From: Paraspadella gotoi
Lineage: Eukaryota; Animalia; Chaetognatha
NCBI GenBank assembly: GCA_051294375.1
Contig: CM119265.1
Span: 22,134,278 to 22,198,277 of the forward strand
Length of the DNA stretch: 64,000 bases
Direction of reading: 5' to 3'
This document shows, one piece after another, positions 27,517 to 40,300 of the stretch. Position numbers and translations under genes: made by a program. Within the stretch, counting starts at the first letter, position 1. Every line of letters starts with the position of its first letter. Below the pieces are notes generated by a model. The model saw only the letters and a program-made list of their open reading frames with translations. It was not told the origin of the DNA and made no database searches.

Positions 27517-29100
27517 ATGGAATTCCTTTTACTGCTTTGTCAATCTACCTCGACTCTTCTCTTTTTCGTCGTCGCTTACTTCCTCTTAGATTTCTTCCGC
27601 CTTTGCCGCAAATTCGCCAATAAAGTCCGACGAGCGAGTTCGACATACGTCGGGCGCCAAGGAAGATCCCTCGAAGCCATGGAAGCACGATGGGAGCATC
27701 TGCAACGCTCGGGCGTCTCCAACTTTTCCGTCGCCTTCTTCGTCGAAAGCCGCGCGCCGCTAGAGGAGGCGGCGTTAACGGCGGCTCTGCGGAGAGTCGC
27801 CGCCGCAAATCCGATGCTGCGAATGCGCATCTCCGCTGTCGCTGTCGCTGCGGATGAGGATTTGTTGTTTTTCGAGGAAATGAAAGAATTTCGTCCCGAC
27901 TTGGAAAGATTGGACACGGAAGACTGGAAAGCAACGATGGAGAAGGAGCTCGGGACGCCTTTTCATTCCAAGACGGGTCCACTGTGGAGAGTCAAAATGC
28001 TTCAAGGCGCCGTCGATGGCCAAACCCATCGACGCGTCTTAATTCTCACTTTTCATCACGCGCTCGCCGACGGAAAATCGGCAATGGCGCTCGGCGATCG
28101 ACTCATGGACGAACTCAGCAACGAAAGCGTCGAGAAATGGCGGACGATGTTCGACGCTGAATTAGCGCCGTCTTACGTTGAGTTGTTCGGGAAAAGTTTG
28201 ATGAGAATCTCAAGACTTCGTCAACTTCGACTCTATTTAAGATTAAAATTGCTAGGAACAATTAGCGCGCAGCCACGATGCCGACCTTCCTACTTCGTCA
28301 CTCTTCTCTCTCGGCCACAAACGCCAATTAATCATCGTTCCAGATTCATTTCCGTCAAACTGAACGTCGAGGATTTCGACAAGCTGCTTCGGCGCTGCCG
28401 CCTACACGGCTGCAAGCTGCAAGGAGCGCTGCAGGCTGCGGTAAGCCTTGCACAAATCGAAGCGTTAAACCGTCTGAAATCGAAAGACTCTAAGCTGCCA
28501 GATTTCATCGAGATTCGCAACTTTTACGCCGAATCCACGCGCGACTGCGTCCAACCGCCTTTGCCTGCATCCGTCATCGGTTACTACGTATTCTCTCCAT
28601 CCATGTCGAGGAAAGTCTCTGCGAAACCCGATACCTTGAAAGGTGACTTTTGGACTCTGGTCAAATCCATGAGCGACGAAATTCACAGAAGAAAGAGCGA
28701 AGAAAGAGTCGAATCTTCAGCCAAAGACGCCGAGTTTGTCTATCGCGCCTTTCCGAGTTTCTGGCTTAAAAGCGTCCACGCAATCAACGCAAAGACGTTT
28801 CGTCGTTCGGATCTTTCAGTCGACTACTATATGTCTAACTTGGGAAAGTTTTACGACGACGACGCAGCTCCACGCCGCTTCGACATCAGCGCCGCCTATT
28901 CCGCGGCCAACTTCGCCTTGTCCGACATTTGCTTCGGTCACGTCGTCCTCAGCCTTCGTCGCCGGCTCTTCTGGACAATCAACTTCGCGGAGGGGGTTTT
29001 CTCCGCCAAAGAGGCGAAGGTTTACGCCGAATGCGTGGAGGCGTCATTAGTGAGGGTCGCTGGCGGGAGGCTCGGGGGTTTGAAAAGAAATTACGATTAA
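27517..29100 (+). CDS. Intronless CoA-dependent acyltransferase (condensation-domain / alcohol acetyltransferase / PapA5-like) with N-terminal membrane anchor, 527 aa
   Basis: Single ORF with hydrophobic N-terminus, NPMLRMRI, F...GPLWRV, catalytic HHALADG (HHxxxDG) and C-terminal SNLG motif. Confidence 0.85.
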   Translation: MEFLLLLCQSTSTLLFFVVAYFLLDFFRLCRKFANKVRRASSTYVGRQGRSLEAMEARWEHLQRSGVSNFSVAFFVESRAPLEEAALTAALRRVAAANPMLRMRISAVAVAADEDLLFFEEMKEFRPDLERLDTEDWKATMEKELGTPFHSKTGPLWRVKMLQGAVDGQTHRRVLILTFHHALADGKSAMALGDRLMDELSNESVEKWRTMFDAELAPSYVELFGKSLMRISRLRQLRLYLRLKLLGTISAQPRCRPSYFVTLLSRPQTPINHRSRFISVKLNVEDFDKLLRRCRLHGCKLQGALQAAVSLAQIEALNRLKSKDSKLPDFIEIRNFYAESTRDCVQPPLPASVIGYYVFSPSMSRKVSAKPDTLKGDFWTLVKSMSDEIHRRKSEERVESSAKDAEFVYRAFPSFWLKSVHAINAKTFRRSDLSVDYYMSNLGKFYDDDAAPRRFDISAAYSAANFALSDICFGHVVLSLRRRLFWTINFAEGVFSAKEAKVYAECVEASLVRVAGGRLGGLKRNYD

Positions 29101-30343
29101 TATTTATAGATGTTATACTAATCTAACTATTAAAAACCAAGACAAAACTTAGACATGTTAAATACGTATTATCAAGGTCAAAAATTATTGAATATTGCGA
29201 GCTAAACTTTGTGTGGATTCAATGAAAATTTCGTCATTTGAATAAATGTTTCGATGCTTTGAGAATTAATAAACAGTAAGAGAGGCTTGATTAAAGGCTT
29301 TCAGCGTTCTCCGACCTCCTAAGCTACGTTATTCTCTTGTAAGAGTGAAGGAGGCCTTAAACCTTAACCCCACCAGTTCCTGACCAGAGGCACGAAAGAA
29401 TAAAAGGGTAAATTAATACTGGAGTCATAAATTAGGTATTTCTGAAAAAAAACAACCATTCAATCTCATAGAAAACATACAAACAAACAGGAAACGCCAG
29501 CCTCACGTTTTTCTCTTTTTTTTTCGTCTCTCACTTCACGAATGCTGATGAGAATTCGTGGAAATTGGTTGGAGGAGGAGGAGGAGGAGGAGCAGGGAGA
29601 AGAGGAGGGGGAGGAGGAGGAGGGGGAGCAGAAGGATGAGGCGAAATGGGTGGTCTGGGCAATCAGGGCGGAAATGATTCGCCGAGGGTCAGAAAAGACC
29701 AATCGATAAAACCCTAGAAGGAGGTGATTAGAACGACGACGACGAGGACGTAACGACGACCTGCAGGAGATGAAAGAATGTAAAAATGACAACGGCAGTG
29801 ACGACGAAAATGATGTCGAACGACGATGTCGACGAAAAAATCGGGAATATTAAAGACGACCTTTCTTCTAACCCGAAAGCTAATTCCCCCCAAAAAAAGA
29901 GTCGCACCTGCGAATCCGGAAACTCAGCGACTTTGCATCCTAAGCCATTGATGGAAAAAGCGAGGTCGAGGCTGTTTCGAGTGACGGCAACAGATTCACT
30001 AATTTCTGGTCGTGAAATATAAAGTGAAGGATTTATTTCAAGTCGGCGACAGTTGGTTCTGAGCGATTCCATTTCGTTCGATTTAAAAACTTGATTTCGT
30101 TTCCTCGATGAAAATTTATTTGGTGCCACTGTGCAGAACCTTTTTATGGAATTTTATTTTTTTCAGAAGTGAAGGTTGTCGAAAGTTGGCATATTTAAAA
30201 TACATAGTCCTTTGAGATTAACTTTAAACGTTTTAATACAATTTATATATATGCTATTTATTAGGTGATTTTATTTTCCCTTTTTTGAAAATTTTCTTGT
30301 TCCTTCTCTTGATTTTTCCATGTTTTCTATCTGCTTTTTCTTT

Positions 30344-30404
<61 letters not shown>

Positions 30405-31965
30405 TCTCTTTCTCTCTCTCTCTCTCTCTCTTCTCTCCCTTTTACCTTCATCTGTTTTTTTCTTTCTCTTCTGTTAGCATTCGTTATTCCTGGTTTCGAT
30501 TCATTCTTTCGCCTCTCTTTCACTCCATTTGCTTCGCTTCCTCTTCTTTTTGTTTTCTTTATCTATTTTCCTTTTTTTTCTTTTCTTCTTTATTACAATT
30601 CCAATGCTTGTTTTGTTTGTTTTTTGACTCGTTTTTCTCCCCTTTCTCATCTATTTTCCTCCTTCTATTTTCAATTTTTCATATTCTCTTTCTTCCTATT
30701 TCCGTAATCTATTCACTTCCACTCATTTTCTACCTCTCTCTACTTTAAAGCATTTCGACGTCCCCGTATGACTGTCTCCCTCCATCCTATTTCTCTTTCC
30801 TCTATCCTTTCCTCCCCTTATCCCCCCTCCTCTTCTTCCGCTTTCCTCACAATTTAATTTCCTCCTTTTCCTTCTGACGTCGACGTCGACGGCGAAGGAA
30901 AGAAAAAAAAAGAAGGAAATAAAGAAAAAGAAAGAAAAAAAAAAGAAGAGAAAAGGAGCGAAGGACTGTGTTTGTCGGGCAAATTGCTTCCCTCGAACCC
31001 GTCAACCTCTGAGTCTCCTCGCGCCTCTTCATCCTCCTCCTCTTCCTCCTTTTTTTCTTTTTTCCTCTTCTTCTTCCTCCTCTTCCTCCACGGCTCATCT
31101 TATCATTTTTCTTAGGTTTCTTCTTTCTGGCTTCAGATTTCTTCCAAATCCTTCTTTCCTCACTCTACTTTTAACCTCACCTTCCTCCAGCTTGATTCCT
31201 TCCTCCCCTTCGACCTTACCTCCTTCTTTTCCTCCCTCTCTCCCTCTCTCCCTCCCTCCCTCCCCATCTCCTTTCTTCGTATGTTTCGCAGGGAATTGGA
31301 TTTTTGTCTGGATGGGAATCCTTTTGGCTTTTGGCAAAATCTCGAAAGATTCCGACGAGGAAGAGGAAGATTCTCTCTCTCTCTNNNNNNNNNNNNNNNN
31401 NNNNNNNNNNNNNNNNNNNNNNNNNNNNNNNNNNNNNNNNNNNNNNNNNNNNNNNNNNNNNNNNNNNNNNNNNNNNNNNNNNNNNNNNNNNNNNNNNNNN
31501 NNNNNNNNNNNNNNNNNNNNNNNNNNNNNNNNNNNNNNNNNNNNNNNNNNNNNNNNCTCTCTCTCTCTCTCTTGCCTCCGTCATTTATCTCCATTTTTTT
31601 CTCTTTTCTATTCTTTCACTGTTTTTTTCTTCTTGCTCTTACTTTTCTCTTTTCTGACATTTTTATTTTTATCATTTGTAAAAAAAAAAAAAGTTTCCCT
31701 TTTTTTTTCGCGCGCGGAGGGGAAAGACGAAAAACGACCTTAAAACGTCTTTGCCGTCGAAAATGGAAATTTAAATTTAAATTTCATTTTTACAAATAAA
31801 TTTACCAACAGGCTCTCCTGATTACTTTACCTCCTCTCGCGCCGTCAATGCTGTGAATGCCCATCAGTCTTTCATCTTTACTCGACCATCTATTTTCCCC
31901 GTGAAAACCGAAACAAACAAACCTTGCGATATAAACAAGAAACCAAAAAAAAAAAAAACAACAAA

Positions 31966-34292
31966 ATGTACCCTAAACTTACCAAGCGTCTGAAACTAAC
32001 TTACCTCCTCTTGTCGGCCTTCGTCGGTCTCCCCCTCGTCGTCGTCCTCCACCGTCGTCCGCCGTCGTCGCCATTTTCGTCGTCGTCGACGTCGTCGTCG
32101 CTCTCGACGTCGTCCTCGTCTTCCTCCTCCAGCCTCCGATGTCCTCCGCCTTCCGTCCACATCATCGAGAAGCCCTGCATCCATCCGTCGACGCGGATGC
32201 GACCGACTCGACCCGAAGACGACCTCGAGGGAAGGACGAGGCGAGGGAGGAAGAGGAGACGGGAAGAGGAAGAGGAAGAAGGAGGAGAGGAAGAAGAGGA
32301 GGAGGAAGGAAGGAAAGAGAAAAAGACGACGGCGGAGATGACGAGACAGAGGAACGAACTCTCTCGTCTTCTTCATCGAACGAAGAAGGAATTGTCGTTG
32401 GTGGAGTGCGAGGAGAGAGGGAATGAGACGAGGGAGGTGCAGGAAGAGGGGAGGGAGCGGAGGGAGAAGGGAAGAGAGAAGGAATGAGACAGAATGTGGA
32501 CGGGGGGGGGGTGTGGCGGTGAGGAAGAGGAGGGAGCGGAGCGGAGGAGAGGGAGGTGAGAGGAATGAGACGAGGCGGTGAGGAAGAGGGGAGGGAGGGA
32601 AGAGAGAGGGAATGAGACGAGGGCTGTGAGGAAAGAGGAGGGAGGGAGGGAAGAGAGAGGAATGAGACGAGGGCCTTGGAGGAAAGCGGGAGGAGGGAGG
32701 AGAGGGAAGGAGGAGAGGGAATGAGACGAGGCTCTGAAGGAAGAGGGGGGGAAAGGTGAGGGCAGTGGCATGCGGAAGAAACTTCTAGAAAGGATAGGAT
32801 TCGGCGAAGAATGACAGAAGCGAAGCGTGCAATAAGGTCGTATGTCTTTTTGTCTGTCAGTCAGTTCGTCTCTCGGTCACTCTGATAATTAAAAATGAAA
32901 TATGAGATCGTTTGAATCTGAAAATGGACCGTATCAATCACGCCCTCCGGTCCCAATCCTCTCCCTCCGCCCGCAGGTGAGCAGTTCCGGCGGTTGGTGC
33001 CGCTCGGCCGCCCTTCCCTCCAACGGTCACCACAAGACGGACTACAAATTGGCGACGGCGTTGGGGCGACTCTTTCAGAGTCGGACCGTCGCTTCTTTCG
33101 GGGACGGACCAGGGATATACAGGAAGGTTCGAGAGAAAAGAAGACATATCTTTCTTTATTTTGTTCGATTGTCTTTTGTTGATGACGTTTTTATTTCCAA
33201 GAGGGATACAGGGTCGACTGTTACGATCCTCGGCAAGTTACAAAGACGCATTTTCCAATGCCGTAGTTCCCACTGTACAGGCCCTGTGGACCGTCCAAGG
33301 AGACAGTCTACCGATGTGGTCAACTATCTTTGTATTTCAGACCAAAGTCACAGTTTTCAGCCACAAAAGGCAAACCTCGTCAAGAGACCACGTTCGCGGT
33401 TTTGAGTCAACAATCAACTTTCCACAATCCACAGTCAACTCTCCACAGTCCATATTCCACATTTCCACACTTCCCTGATAATATTCTTCCTTCTTCTCCA
33501 GGTGATCCTCAATACTGGTCACGTGACTTCCTTCGCCTCCTTCGACGGTTCGCCCTTCGTCGACGAAATCTCCGGCGGGGAAGTCGTCTTCCTCGATTAG
33601 ACTCTTCACCAGACCTTTCGGAATCGGGACGTTCGACTGGGTCTTGAGTTTGGAGGTGAGTCAGGGAGGGGTGGGTGGTGGGGGGTGGCGAGAGGGGGGA
33701 GGAGGAAGGGGGAGAAGAGAATGGAAAAGGTGAAATCGGAAGGGAGAAAGGAAAGGAAAAAGCACCTTATGTAATTATTGTGTATAATGTTATATATATA
33801 TATATTATATATGCTATAAATAAATAATTTCATTTTGTGAAATGTTTAGGTTGCTGAACACATCCCGTCCAAATTCGAGAACATTTTTCTCGACAACTTA
33901 TCTCGCACGCCGGTTATGGGATCGTGCTGTCTTGGGCGGAACCTAATCAACCGGGTGATTAAGTTTAACGGATAATAATAATTTACTACTAATACCTACC
34001 TAAAAATAAGAATTTTCTAGATTGCGACTAGAGTTTTGAAGCACTGAAGATAAATATTCATTGACAAAAATTGAATCATTTTAAAAATGAGCGTTTTATT
34101 GTAACAGGTTTGAGTCACGTAAATAATCAACCGGCGTCTCACGTCATCGAAGCGATGAGTCGTCGGGGCTTCCGGTTGGACGGGGAATTATCCAATCAGC
34201 TTCGTCGATCCGCTTCGGTTCCGTGGCTCAGGAGGAACGTCAACGTCTTCCTCAGAAGGACGGACGCCCCTTTGGATCCGAGAATGGCTTGA
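31966..34292 (+). CDS. Type II membrane class I SAM-dependent methyltransferase (5 exons; indel errors in exons 3-4)
   Basis: Exons about 31966-32436, 32977-33126, 33502-33655, 33850-33954, 34108-34292. Signal-anchor LTYLLLSAFVGLPLVVVL, Ser/Glu-rich stem, motif I VASFGDGPG, FDGSP, then DWVLSLEVAEHIP...LDNL...GIVLSWA...QPGLSHVN. Confidence 0.8.
32411..32760 (+). repeat. ~50-bp purine-rich minisatellite beginning inside methyltransferase exon 1
   Basis: Core agagggaatgagacgagg recurs near 32417, 32560, 32605, 32656 and 32714, with a more degenerate copy near 32480. Confidence 0.75.
33195..33475 (+). mobile_element. Possible 3' remnant of a CR1/L2-type LINE in a methyltransferase intron
   Basis: PRGIQGRL..SYKDAFSNAVV..LW..LP..VFQTKV resembles the ORF2 C-terminal RGH..FSNRVV..WN.LP..FK pattern and is followed by a short (tccaca) repeat tail. 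Confidence 0.35.
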
Positions 34293-34331
34293 TGGGAAGA
34301 AATAGATAAGAGTATCTCTCTTGCTTCGTCT

Positions 34332-34381
<50 letters not shown>

Positions 34382-37300
34382 AATAGCATTTGGAGTAGAA
34401 TGTGGTCGTACAGGAGATAAATATGTCGTATGACAATGGCGGGAATCGCCTGTGATGCCCGGGCGAGGGACATTCTCACCGGCTTGGCGTTAGGAGCTTC
34501 GCACTCCTTGGCGGAGGACAACAGTCCCTTCGCATATCACACTCTTTCACGCGAAGAAATTTTAATGACTTTTCTTAGCCATTGAATTTGCGCCTTAAAC
34601 ATCCATTGTCTCCTTCATTTCAACACAAATGTTGACAGTGGACTTTCTGATACTGACAATTTAAACCTGTTCGTTGTGATTCTTCTAATCTTAGTCTTTA
34701 CATATTATCGATTTTAAAAAGAAATTGACCATTTTAATAAAAATTTTGCTGTCTGAGGGTAAATTTTGTTTCGTTCTATTGTCCAATCGGTGAATTCATT
34801 AATAAACATTTTTAACATGAGAAATTGCCTAATTTATTGTGAAATGTGTAGTAAATACCAAGAGAACCTAAGCATATTTTGTCGATCATATGACGAGGGC
34901 AATCACGAGGGGACTTTTTTCTAATCGTAAAATAATTGACGGTGAAAGCAAATCACAAAAGATCAAGCATTACAATAATCTCCCTCGCATGTCGGGGGAA
35001 TTTTAATACAAAACTAAACTTTATTTTTAGTTGAAAATATCCAACAAATAAGTTATAATGAAACCGCATAGCTTAAAATGCCTGAAAATTCAATTGATTG
35101 CTCTTTTTTTCTAAAAATAAAAATGAACCTCTTTTTCAATCACCCAGCGGCGCACATGACAAAATTAAAATAAAAAGAAATAGCAAAGGATGTTCAAAAT
35201 AGATTAAAGCTCACTAGAATTCTTATTTATTTAAACAATAATTAAAAAGTTATTAATACAATAAGCACACGATGTTCAGTGTTTTCGTTCATTTGGATCG
35301 GCGATAACAAATTTAATTGCTTTCTCTTATCTTTTATTCTCTTATCTTCATCGTTTTTGCTCGAGGAACAAGAAACATGAATTAAAAAAAAAAAGCTAAA
35401 TAAAAGAATATAGACGAAACTGAAAACTGAAACATAGACTAAGTTGTCCTACACAATTACACAATTACCAACTCTTTTGTGGTTATGACTTACGACCTTT
35501 ATCTAAAAAAAACCACTGAATTTAAAAATAAAATTATTAGGTGTACTTGAATTATAAGTTAATTATTCGCACAGAAAGATGATTTTATCAAAGATCACAA
35601 ATGGATTCCAGTATCTCGCATACGGCGTTGGTTCACATGCAAAACGATCTCTCCGCGGCACTATGGTTCTCTTTACTTCGTTTTTCTTCTATCAAAAAGT
35701 TTTTGTAGAATATTTTTAAACTATCAATCTCGCCACTTTAAATAATAAAAAATAACGTCAAATATTTCAAAATTGTCATGTTATGATGTCGATAAAAACT
35801 CGTCGCCAGGTTTCGATCCTACGGTGGTGGGAATTCTGATGATCGTCGGCCAATTCGCCGATGCTGTCGCCACGCCTATCTGCGGCTACGAGTCGATAAG
35901 GCGCCCAAAGTAAGATAGAAATGATACTAGAGTCAAGGGTACCTCGGCCTCCTATGAATCGTATAATTTCCAAACGGAGTCATTGACGTCGACCTCGATC
36001 GATTTTGAACGCAGAAGGGATGACGTTTTCTACAGCTGTCAATTGATATTTCACAATTTACAGATTATTTCCCATCTGGGAAGATATGCGGCGTCGAAAG
36101 TCATGGATCTCGGGGGCGTCATTGCGGTGACGATAAGGTAGACTTTAAATATGAAATTGGTACAACCACATAAAATTATCCAATATTCTAAATAAGCTAT
36201 CTTGTCTCGTGAATTTAGAATTTTGGAATTGGTGATTTAAAAACTATATGGCGAAATGAACGTGGTTTCTCAAAACCGTTTTTTATTTAAAAAAATTATC
36301 AGTTTCCCTTTCCTGTTTTGGAGCGTCCCGGAAATCAACGACGCAGCGCAATGGGCCCGTTGCATATTTTACGCCCCGTCATTTGCTTGTTTTTCAATTC
36401 GGTTGGGCTTCGACCGCAGGTGCACACATGAGTCTCATCCCGGAAATGGCGGAGGAAGAGAGAGAAAGAGTCATTTTAAATTTCTTAGATACCGGCACAG
36501 GTGGGAGTTATGTTTTTTTTTTGTTAATACGAATTACAGGTTCAATAAGTTCACTCAACGGTTACCCTTGCACAGGTGTTGCCAAACGTCCTCGCTTACG
36601 GCATCTTCTGGAGTCTCCTCGGCATGGAGCCTCTAAAGACGAGTTCTCGTACAAGGATCTGCCCAAAGTTGCGCAATTTGGCGCTGATTTGCGATTTCAC
36701 CGGTCTTTTCTCGCCATTTGTTTTCAACTAGGAATCAAAGAGGCTCCGATTCTGGTCGACAGGCGCTCCCAGCCCAATCCGAGACTCAGCCCCAACCTCA
36801 CCAACCCTCGTTTCGAAAAGCGAAGAGGTCAAAGATGACGAATTCACTTGGAGGTCCTACTTCAAGCTCCCAGTCTTTCTACCTCGTCGGCTGCCTCTAC
36901 GTCTGCGCGCGCATGATCTTCAACGTGGGACAGACTTATCTCCCTTTTTATCTGAGGAAAGTTTAAAGCTGGGCAACCAATACGTGGCCATCTTGCGTTG
37001 ATCGTTTTCGTGGCGGGATTCGTGGCTTCTCTCCTAACCCGGTTTCTGAGTAAAATACTCGGCCTCCACGCCATGTTCGTCGTGGGCGCGGTCGCCGTGA
37101 TCGGCGCCAGCGTCTGGATGTATTTTCCAATAAAAGGCGCGACGATTACGGTCCGCGTCATTTTTTCTAGGCGCGGGTCAGTCGGTCTTGGTCATCCTGT
37201 CAATGTCCTTCATCACTGAAATGATCGGCGGGCGGAAAGAACGGCCGGTTTCGTTTTCGGCTTCATGTCCACCGTGGAGAAGATTTCCGGGGTGTGGTCC

Positions 37301-40300
37301 TTCTCGCCCTCCAACACTCTACGCCGGAGAAGAATCGAGTCGAGGAGCGGAGGGAGTTCTACAAGGACATCATGGCGTTTCTTTGCGGGTGTTCCAGCCT
37401 AGTCGCCGTCTTCTTCCTCGCCGCCACTGGTGTCTCTCTTGTTTGCGAGAGAAGCAAGACCAGGGCGGACAAGAGATAGAGGACGAGCCCGAACTGCCCG
37501 ACAACTTCGATCGGCAGCGAACTTCGGCCGTCGGGCTCTTGGGAGCCGAAGTGGCGAGAATCGAGGATTCGCACGCGTCGGTGGAGATGGTGGCGGGCGA
37601 TTGAGGAGGCGTCGATCGAGGGTAGACTCGATCGTCTCGTCCACGGAGAGGAGAAGAGGCTTCAGCATCCGCGATGTTCTCGAGGATTCCTTCAAGGAAG
37701 GCGCCTTAAGCTTCAAGGAGGCAAGAGGAGCGTCCATCATGGCGTTCGCTTCGTCGACGGAGGAAGATTAGTCAGAGATCGAGTGACGTCGGGATCTTCG
37801 GTGATCGTTGATGTGACCCAAGTTACGCTTTGACGAGTCCGTTTTCGAGACGATTTTTTCTCCCCTTTTTGTTTTTTAATAAAAATTTCCGGGGAACAAA
37901 TAATGTGGTCGACTTAAGTGCTACCATTACTTCTTAGCTAACTTCCTGCTTGCAATAAATTAGTGGTTAAGCCTAAAACATTCCTAACTCAGCAGGAGAA
38001 AAAGAAATACAAAACTTTGTAGCTTTGACATTATTTATCAAAAATTGCTTTACTTAAATACACTAACCGTTCACACCGGTCATTGTTGCAGGAGGGGTGC
38101 ATGTGTTCTAACTCGGTGGCCGCATAGCAGTTATGGTGGACTAAAATCCACCAACCGTTCATCAGCGGCCTTGGTGCAGGAGGTAAAGTCATTCGCCACC
38201 CAACCCAAAGGTCCGGAGTTCTAGCCCGGTGGTCGCCTAGCAGTTAAGAGGGACGGGGCGCTTAACCCGCCTGTAACAGTATTACAGGCTGCCTGTTACA
38301 GCCTGATCCGAAGATCAGGGACTGTTTATATTAAACGATAAATCACTAACTCATAACAATTATTCTGTCTCACTGACTCGTGTACATAGACAAATATCTG
38401 GTTAGAAAATTTTACAACACTACCTAATCCTAATAAATATGGTCATTTCAGTTTTAAAGGGATTCATTCTTAGGAAAATTTGAGTTGTGTATTATTTAGT
38501 GATGTTGTAGATAATATAATTAATAGATTAAATCGTTAAAAATTATTCACATGAGGTTAAAAAAACAGATTACAGAATATAAAAAAAATTGTTTCTCATC
38601 CCGAAGCAAAGTTTGTCTGTGAAGACCATGTTTTTACAATAGTCAATGCAACCCATTGGAATTGCCGCTCGGCGTTGAAAAGGGAAAAAAAGCCACGAAA
38701 TTAAGAATAGTCTTTGTTTAATCAGAACTGAGACATATTTTCCCTCGTATCGTATTCACACGAGAACTTTAATCTTTTTCGCTCATAATTCGGTTCCCGA
38801 CCTCTACAAGCAAAATGACATTTTTATCGTCATCGTAGCGACAAATCCTTAATCCAAAGTTTGTAGAGGTTGCCCACGATATTTTTTATATTATATTTTC
38901 AATGGAATTGAAGCGTTCGCGTGAAGAGGAGTTCACCATACGTAGTCGGACAAAAACAGTTTCCGGGTTGACTTCACACGTTACGTTTGCGGATAAATTT
39001 ATTGATGTTCCTTGCTCTTCCCTCGCATGTTCTCAGCATCGGTAAACCCTGACTGTGAATTTTCTTTTACTGTAGACGAGAGGCTCGACACAATCTTTGT
39101 CATTCCAATCTACTTGTGAGCAATAGTTTTCCAACTTATTTTCATTTACATTCCTCGAAAACGTAAACCTCACCCAATTGTGACTTTTGTTCCTGAACAA
39201 AAAAAAAAAACAAAAAAAAACAATTAAAGATATTATTTCATTGCTTGTGCAAAACACAAGCGCTTCCTACCGGCTAATGCTGAAGTCGATAGAATAGGAA
39301 ATTGAGTCTCTTTCAACAGCGAAGGCCAACTGAGACGTTGAAAAATAAAAAGAAGATCCAGTTTTATGTTCGTTGCTTCGACACTTGTTTCGTCGATTCG
39401 AATGAAGGTGAATTCTTTTGCCGAAGATGATTCTCGACAAATGTGAGTTGAGATAAATCTTTTTCATGTTCTTCCGGAATCAAATGAATTTTCATGAATG
39501 AAAGCAAAGCTCGAAGCAGCGGTTAAAGTCTTTGTATCTATTTCTCTGGATATTTCTGGATTCTGTTTATTAGATGAGTCTGCTCCTGTGAGTTCAGGCG
39601 ACACGTTTGACGAGTCCTCTTCTGAGAATGAATAATCAAAAGGGTCTGCCGTTGATTGCATCTCGAAATATTCTTTTCCCTTCTCTTGATTTCGGCTCGG
39701 TAGATTTATTAAGACGGATTTCCCTGTATTATGTTTCGACTTTGGTTGGCTCGATCCCTCTGCAAGAGCTTTCTTGGCGTCACCCTCGTGAGTGCGACAT
39801 CGGCAAGAGCAAAACCGTCGTTTCCAGTGCGACGTTTGACATCGTGGGCGTCATCAGTTCCATCTCGACTACTGATGCTCGTTGCCGCAATTGCCGCATT
39901 GATGACTTTGTTTCGACCCTCAAAGGAGTCGACTCCATCACCGATATTGCGAAACGACGTTCTATAGGAAAACTGGCGCTACCGGCGCATGATGAGGCGC
40001 CCGATTGGAAGCCCGTCGAGCGCCAACTACGCGCCTTCTTCGCCCGCGCCGTTCGATCCTCGTCGAATCAAAACGACGCCGGTTGAGTCGACCCGCGGAG
40101 GTGACGTCGCAAAAAATGTCGCGACGATTGAAGAAGTGAGACGTCGACATGTTTTACATTAGGTCGCAGGCATATGTATAGTATAAAACCACTGAAGAAC
40201 AAATACTCTTTAGTATTCGAACAGAGTTAAATATACAAAACATTAGTATAACTCTTTTTTGTTTATCCAACTCAATGTTTACGTAAAGAAAACGCAAAAT

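Noticed and set aside
29540-29570. CTGATGA...GAAA hammerhead-like core
   Set aside because: No stem II or flanking helices could be formed. Other CTGAnGA hits I checked failed the same way.
29466-31799. Glu-rich or Phe/Ser-rich ORFs between the acyltransferase and methyltransferase genes
   Set aside because: Low-complexity purine/pyrimidine tracts with no domain signal.
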